NCBI GenBank assembly: GCA_012295275.1
Contig: CM022670.1
Location: 10,602,001 to 10,666,000, forward strand
Source: Chrysomallon squamiferum
Taxonomy: Eukaryota; Animalia; Mollusca
Direction of reading: 5' to 3'
DNA: 64,000 bases
The notes under the pieces are model-generated. The model worked only from the letters and a program-made list of their open reading frames with translations. It had not been told where the DNA came from and did no database searches. Position numbers and translations under genes: made by a program. Each line of letters begins with the position of its first letter. The first letter of the stretch is position 1. Shown piece after piece: positions 40,366 to 64,000 of this stretch.

Positions 40366-43300
40366 ATATATTTTATATTTATTTCACTGTGATATCCACC
40401 CAGAAGAAAGTCTGTTGTGTGAAAACGAGTTTCCATCTGTTTTGTGACTTTGATGATCATGTTTTGTAATGTTGTTCAGTCAGTACTTCACTGTCAGTGT
40501 ATATAGTCATAATAAAACATCAGTTTTAACTTAATATTGAATGTATAATTATTGATAAATTCGTTGTACTGTAAGATTGAAAAAGATTTCTTGTTTATTT
40601 CTTAGTGTTTGTGTTGTAAAAAAGTAATACATTCTGATTTGTTTTATTTAGGTTTTCTATAGCTTTTTTCTTCTTTTTTTTTTTTTTTTTAAACCAACAA
40701 TTCATTACTTGCCATTTTTATTCATGTTCTTTTCTTCAATTGTTTTTTCTTGTTAAAAAACACACTGATTTGTTTAATTAAAAAGTTAAAACATTAGTTG
40801 GGTGGTTATAATCAGTGTTTATCCAAGTTTGTCTTTAAACAGAAATAAGTGGACGTCTTTCTCTTTGTTGTTTGCATTATTTATAATAAAAAAAAAAATA
40901 ATAGTTTCATAATTGTGAAAAACATTTTTAAAAGAATTTTAAATCAGTCATTAAAGTTGTTTATCTAGGTTATTTAAAAAAAAGTTTAATTAACATAATG
41001 GCTGTAAATGCTGCCACTTGCCAATTTTTGCCAATACATACCACCACACAGATACTGAATCATTTATCCTGCAAGTTTGTAGCCAGATGTGATCCAGATT
41101 TCAAGATGAGGGCTTTAAATATAAAATAAAGAATGAAACTGTATTTAACAGATAAAATTAATACATATATAAAAGATCTTTCTTAATTCATTTAAAATTC
41201 TTAAAATAACAGCAAAGAATTGACTTCCCACAAGCAGATTGCATTTCTGTTAGTCCTTTAGAAAATGAGTGTAAACCAACAAATAGTAACTTACTGTGAG
41301 AGGATCACCTGTACATAACACTACTCTCTCTTGAATTGGCATCAAACAACTGAAACAAAAGTAACCAGTTTTTAAAAAAAAAAGGCTGGATAGATGGTTC
41401 AGTATCTGTATAACATTAGCTTAAATACATAAGGATTATGTAATGCAGAAACATTTCCAAAACTGGTTACTTGGTTGCCTTATAACATTAGTGCATGGTG
41501 TAGTGAGGGTCAGGGAAATGTTCCGTTATAGTCACAATGAATACTCGTAGGATATATTTGGCTGTGTGTTGTATAATCATACCTGTTACGACAATCCAGT
41601 GACATGGTTTGAGTACATTTTTACATACCTGTATATTGAGAGTAAATATTTCTCTCTGTATCATTTAGCATAAGATTTAGATACCCATTAGCCTAACTTT
41701 TAAAGCTGAATGTTAAAGTTATTTACATTATTTTAAGATATTGCCATATTGTTTTCGTCTCCTGTGAGTACTGTAAAGAGAATTATTTTCATGTTTGAAA
41801 TTTTTAAAAATATATTAAATTAATGAATCATTTATTTTGAAGTTTCAACAGTTTTATTCTAAGACTACAAAATCTTTTTTAAATGTAAGAATTGATTAAA
41901 GATGAGACAGAAATTACTATTAAAATGGAATGTTTATTAATTGTATTATAGAAAAGGATGATTTTGTTGATTATTTATAAAAATTAATTTTCACAAATGT
42001 ATTTTAGTGTAGTTAAATTATTATATTTTATACTTTAAAAACTATTTTGTTTAATTGTTATTTATTTATTTATTTATTTATTTATCTATATATTTATTTA
42101 TTAATAATTTATTCTGCTTGTTCAGTCAAGCAAAATTTAAATGCAAATTTTTAGACTTTAAATTGTACAATAATGAGATATGTCTTTATCAGGTATTTTT
42201 TTTTTTTATTTGTAATTGAAGGTTTGATGAATGTTTTTTTTTTTTTTTTTACTGCATCAAATAGTTTTAAGTGTGAAATACTTCAAGACAGAGTATTTCC
42301 AGGTATTGCATGAGAAGGTAAAATAGCTACTAAGTTAACCACAAATTAAAATTTAAAATAAAGAAACACACCCACAAACAGGTTAGTCATTATTTAATTA
42401 TTTCTCTTTCTAACTGATGGAGATACGACATCTGCATAACACCAATGCCATTATTTATTTTTAATTATATTGGTTAATATTAGTTTTTAATCTCTTCATA
42501 TAATCACTTTGAAATTCGTTTAGAATCATTTTCGTTTATCTGTGACAAAGTCAAAAAAACTACTTATAACAAAAGAATGCCAAAATTTTTGCACATATTT
42601 TAAAGAGAAATGACACATTTAATTTTAATTTAGTCCGAGAATATAAATAAAAGATGATTTACATGTACAGGTGGTAAAAAGGTTAAAAGTATGATACATG
42701 TCATAAATAAATATTAATACAAAATCAAAATTGTACATATTGATACATATAAAATTATTTTTTGTTTTATTGTTGTAGCCTTTATGAAACAGAATGAACA
42801 AATAAAGCTTTGTCTCATTAAAAGAAACAGAACATTGTTATTCATTAATAACTTTAAATGTTACTTGTAGATTTCTAAAAAAAAAATTGCTTTTTATTAA
42901 TATCTATTTTTTAATGTAATTTTTAAATCAGTTTTTATTTCAAGATTACTGCAGTGTTGAAGTTAGTTTTACAAGAAACTAGATAAGATAGCAAATGTAC
43001 TCTGTACACACTGTTGTGAAAGGCCATTGTTGTATTGGAATTCATATTCTGATTGTGGTCAGTTATACTTAAACCTTTATCTTGAATGGTTAATGGCGCA
43101 TGATACTGGAGGTTGATCAGTTTGGAAGACATTTTTTTTTTCTCTCTTCATCCAATTTTATGTCCATCTTATTTCAAGTTTTTATTCTTCATTTAAAGAT
43201 TATACTAGAAGATATGAATACAAAGAAATTCTGAAAAATAACAAAACTTGTTTACAAAACGTTACACTTTATTGAAAATGGTTATATTTAAACAAAGTTT

Positions 43301-44034
43301 TAATTTTCTTATTTATCTTAAATAATAATCATTTCCTCCATATTTTTTAATTTGTACATTTTTAAAATCTTATTTATGAACTGATGTTTCCAAAATAAAT
43401 GACTAATATAAAAAAAAGTTTTTGTTCTATCATAATTATGCTTAAATATATATATTAATATTGAATGAAAGAAGGAATAAATTGTGAATGGCATGCATTA
43501 TTGTGACAGTTAATGACAAGATAAAAAAATAAGATCTATTCATGAAATAGGTACAAAGTAAGAAAGTCCTATATTTATTTTATTTATGGATGCAAACAGC
43601 ACAAAACAAAAAAAAAAGAAGAAAAAAAAAGCTTTCTGGAACTAATAAAAATTATATGTCACTGGTATAAAAAGGAAAGTGAAAATGAAATGTTGATTTA
43701 AAATTATATTCTGCACCTTTATTTTTTGATTCTTGTGAATGCTGTGAAAATAAAAAGAAACGTTTGTCAATGTTTAAATTAATAAAATATAAATCTGCAG
43801 TTACTTAAATTTTCTGTTTTCTTTTTCGTTCTTCTTAACAAAACTTGGCTATCTAATAAGCCTGTGTGTTTGTGATTCTCTCCATCTTGGGTTATCATTA
43901 CAGTATATTTGCAACTTTTATTTATACAAGTGTGTTCATTAACAGTTCTTAAAACTGTAAAACTATCTAACATGCAATTAAATTATACTTTTATACAGAT
44001 ATTATATTGCCAAGTGAAAAATCAAAATGCTCTG

Positions 44035-44067
<33 letters not shown>

Positions 44068-45058
44068 TAATAATTATTGATGTATCTGACAAGGCATGAG
44101 AACCAAATAAAATTTCACTGTAATACATAATATTTGTTCTCTTACAGATTTCAAATACTTGTGTCCTTGATTTAGATGACTTGATCCATTGTTGGACTTA
44201 ATAATTTAAACTGTTTATAAAAAATTTAATCTGCAGCAGAAAAAGACATGTTGATGATGAATTTGTTTAAAGCTAATTTTCAAGTTTTTGACATGGTACT
44301 CAGAATATAAAATAACCAAAGAGTTTAACAATTAAAAGAAAAACAAAGTTTACCGAATAAATAGAAATAAATATGACATATAAAGTAACTTAAACAAATG
44401 ACTCAGATCATATTTTTATAAACATATATGTACAAAACAGTCATGTTACAACGACTAGTCCCAGCTCATTTTCAAGATTCACTAAAATGCCAGATGATTC
44501 TTTAAAAAGACAAGTGATAGAGATACAGTAAAAACTGTGAGCTTGCTCAGTAACTGTTCAAAGAAAGCCTGTTAGAAATGCACCATTCGTTTTATTCAAA
44601 ATGCAAAATTGAAAACTGACTATAATCATGATGAATCTTAATATTTTCAAACTATAATTTTATATAATACCAAAATTTTGATCTATTCTGTCAAGGATAT
44701 TAACCATATTCTGACATAAAAAAAATTAATTAAGGTATTGAAATACTATTACATCAAATGAATGTCAAGAAAATAATGCTGTTTACAAACAAAATGATAA
44801 ACATAAAATCTATACATTGTTCACATTTTGGTTCTGTTAAACTATAATTCCACTGAATATTGGAACAGCAACTGTCGTCTTTCAAAGGTATTAACAATTC
44901 TGATTTACCCTCAAAATGCAAATATTTCTTTTTTTTATTAATCAGTAATCTGACACTGAAATGACAATACTACAGTTTCAACAGTCTAGCTCTGAAAGAT
45001 AACGCCAGAGTCTTAGTTCGTTGCTCAAATCGACAGTGTTTCTCAACAAGTCAGTGAT

Positions 45059-63738
<18,680 letters not shown>

Positions 63739-64000
63739 CTAATAAAAAATAAAAAAATTGTTTAGTTGTTATAAAATCTTCTTAGCCATTTATAATAACA
63801 TTAGATGCTGCAGAATTCAACATTAATTAAATTATTAGAACACCAGGATTACTTAAAATATGTCAACTATCTTGCAAACATTTTCTAATACTTTACAAAG
63901 AGTTTCTGCCAATACAGTTTATTTGAAATCCATTCCTTTATTACTACTTCTTTTCTGCTAAGTAATTTACTCTTAAAATTAAAACTAAGAATAAAATTAC

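Noticed and set aside
40366-45058. Possible overlap of the convergent TMEM33 and CYFIP 3' UTRs
   Set aside because: Many AATAAA/TTTATT hexamers in AT-rich DNA; transcript ends cannot be placed without RNA data.

Overview
AT-rich, microsatellite-rich animal genomic DNA with spliceosomal introns, probably a lophotrochozoan such as a mollusc (inferred from composition and repeat style only). Reading left to right: (1) the last three coding exons of a + strand gene whose product resembles a Cu/Zn-SOD fold lacking its metal ligands (559-2158); (2) a two-exon TGF-beta superfamily ligand of GDF15/Maverick-like type that lacks the inter-chain dimerisation cysteine (5698-15344), with a MITE in its 3' region; (3) a six-exon NDUFAF2 (20531-24482); (4) three tandem, intronless, same-strand orphan ORFs of 110, 91 and 199 aa (25157-30393), each carrying a PP1-docking RVxF-type motif and a shared [FM]RQx[LI] helix - the most novel-looking feature; (5) TMEM33 (35835-40365) with a U12-type intron and a duplicated last acceptor; (6) 23 coding exons of CYFIP/Sra-1 on the - strand (45059 to beyond 64000), with several candidate in-frame microexons in its two longest introns. 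Exon structures were assembled by hand from splice signals and phase continuity. Homology calls rest on recalled family sequences; no searches were run.
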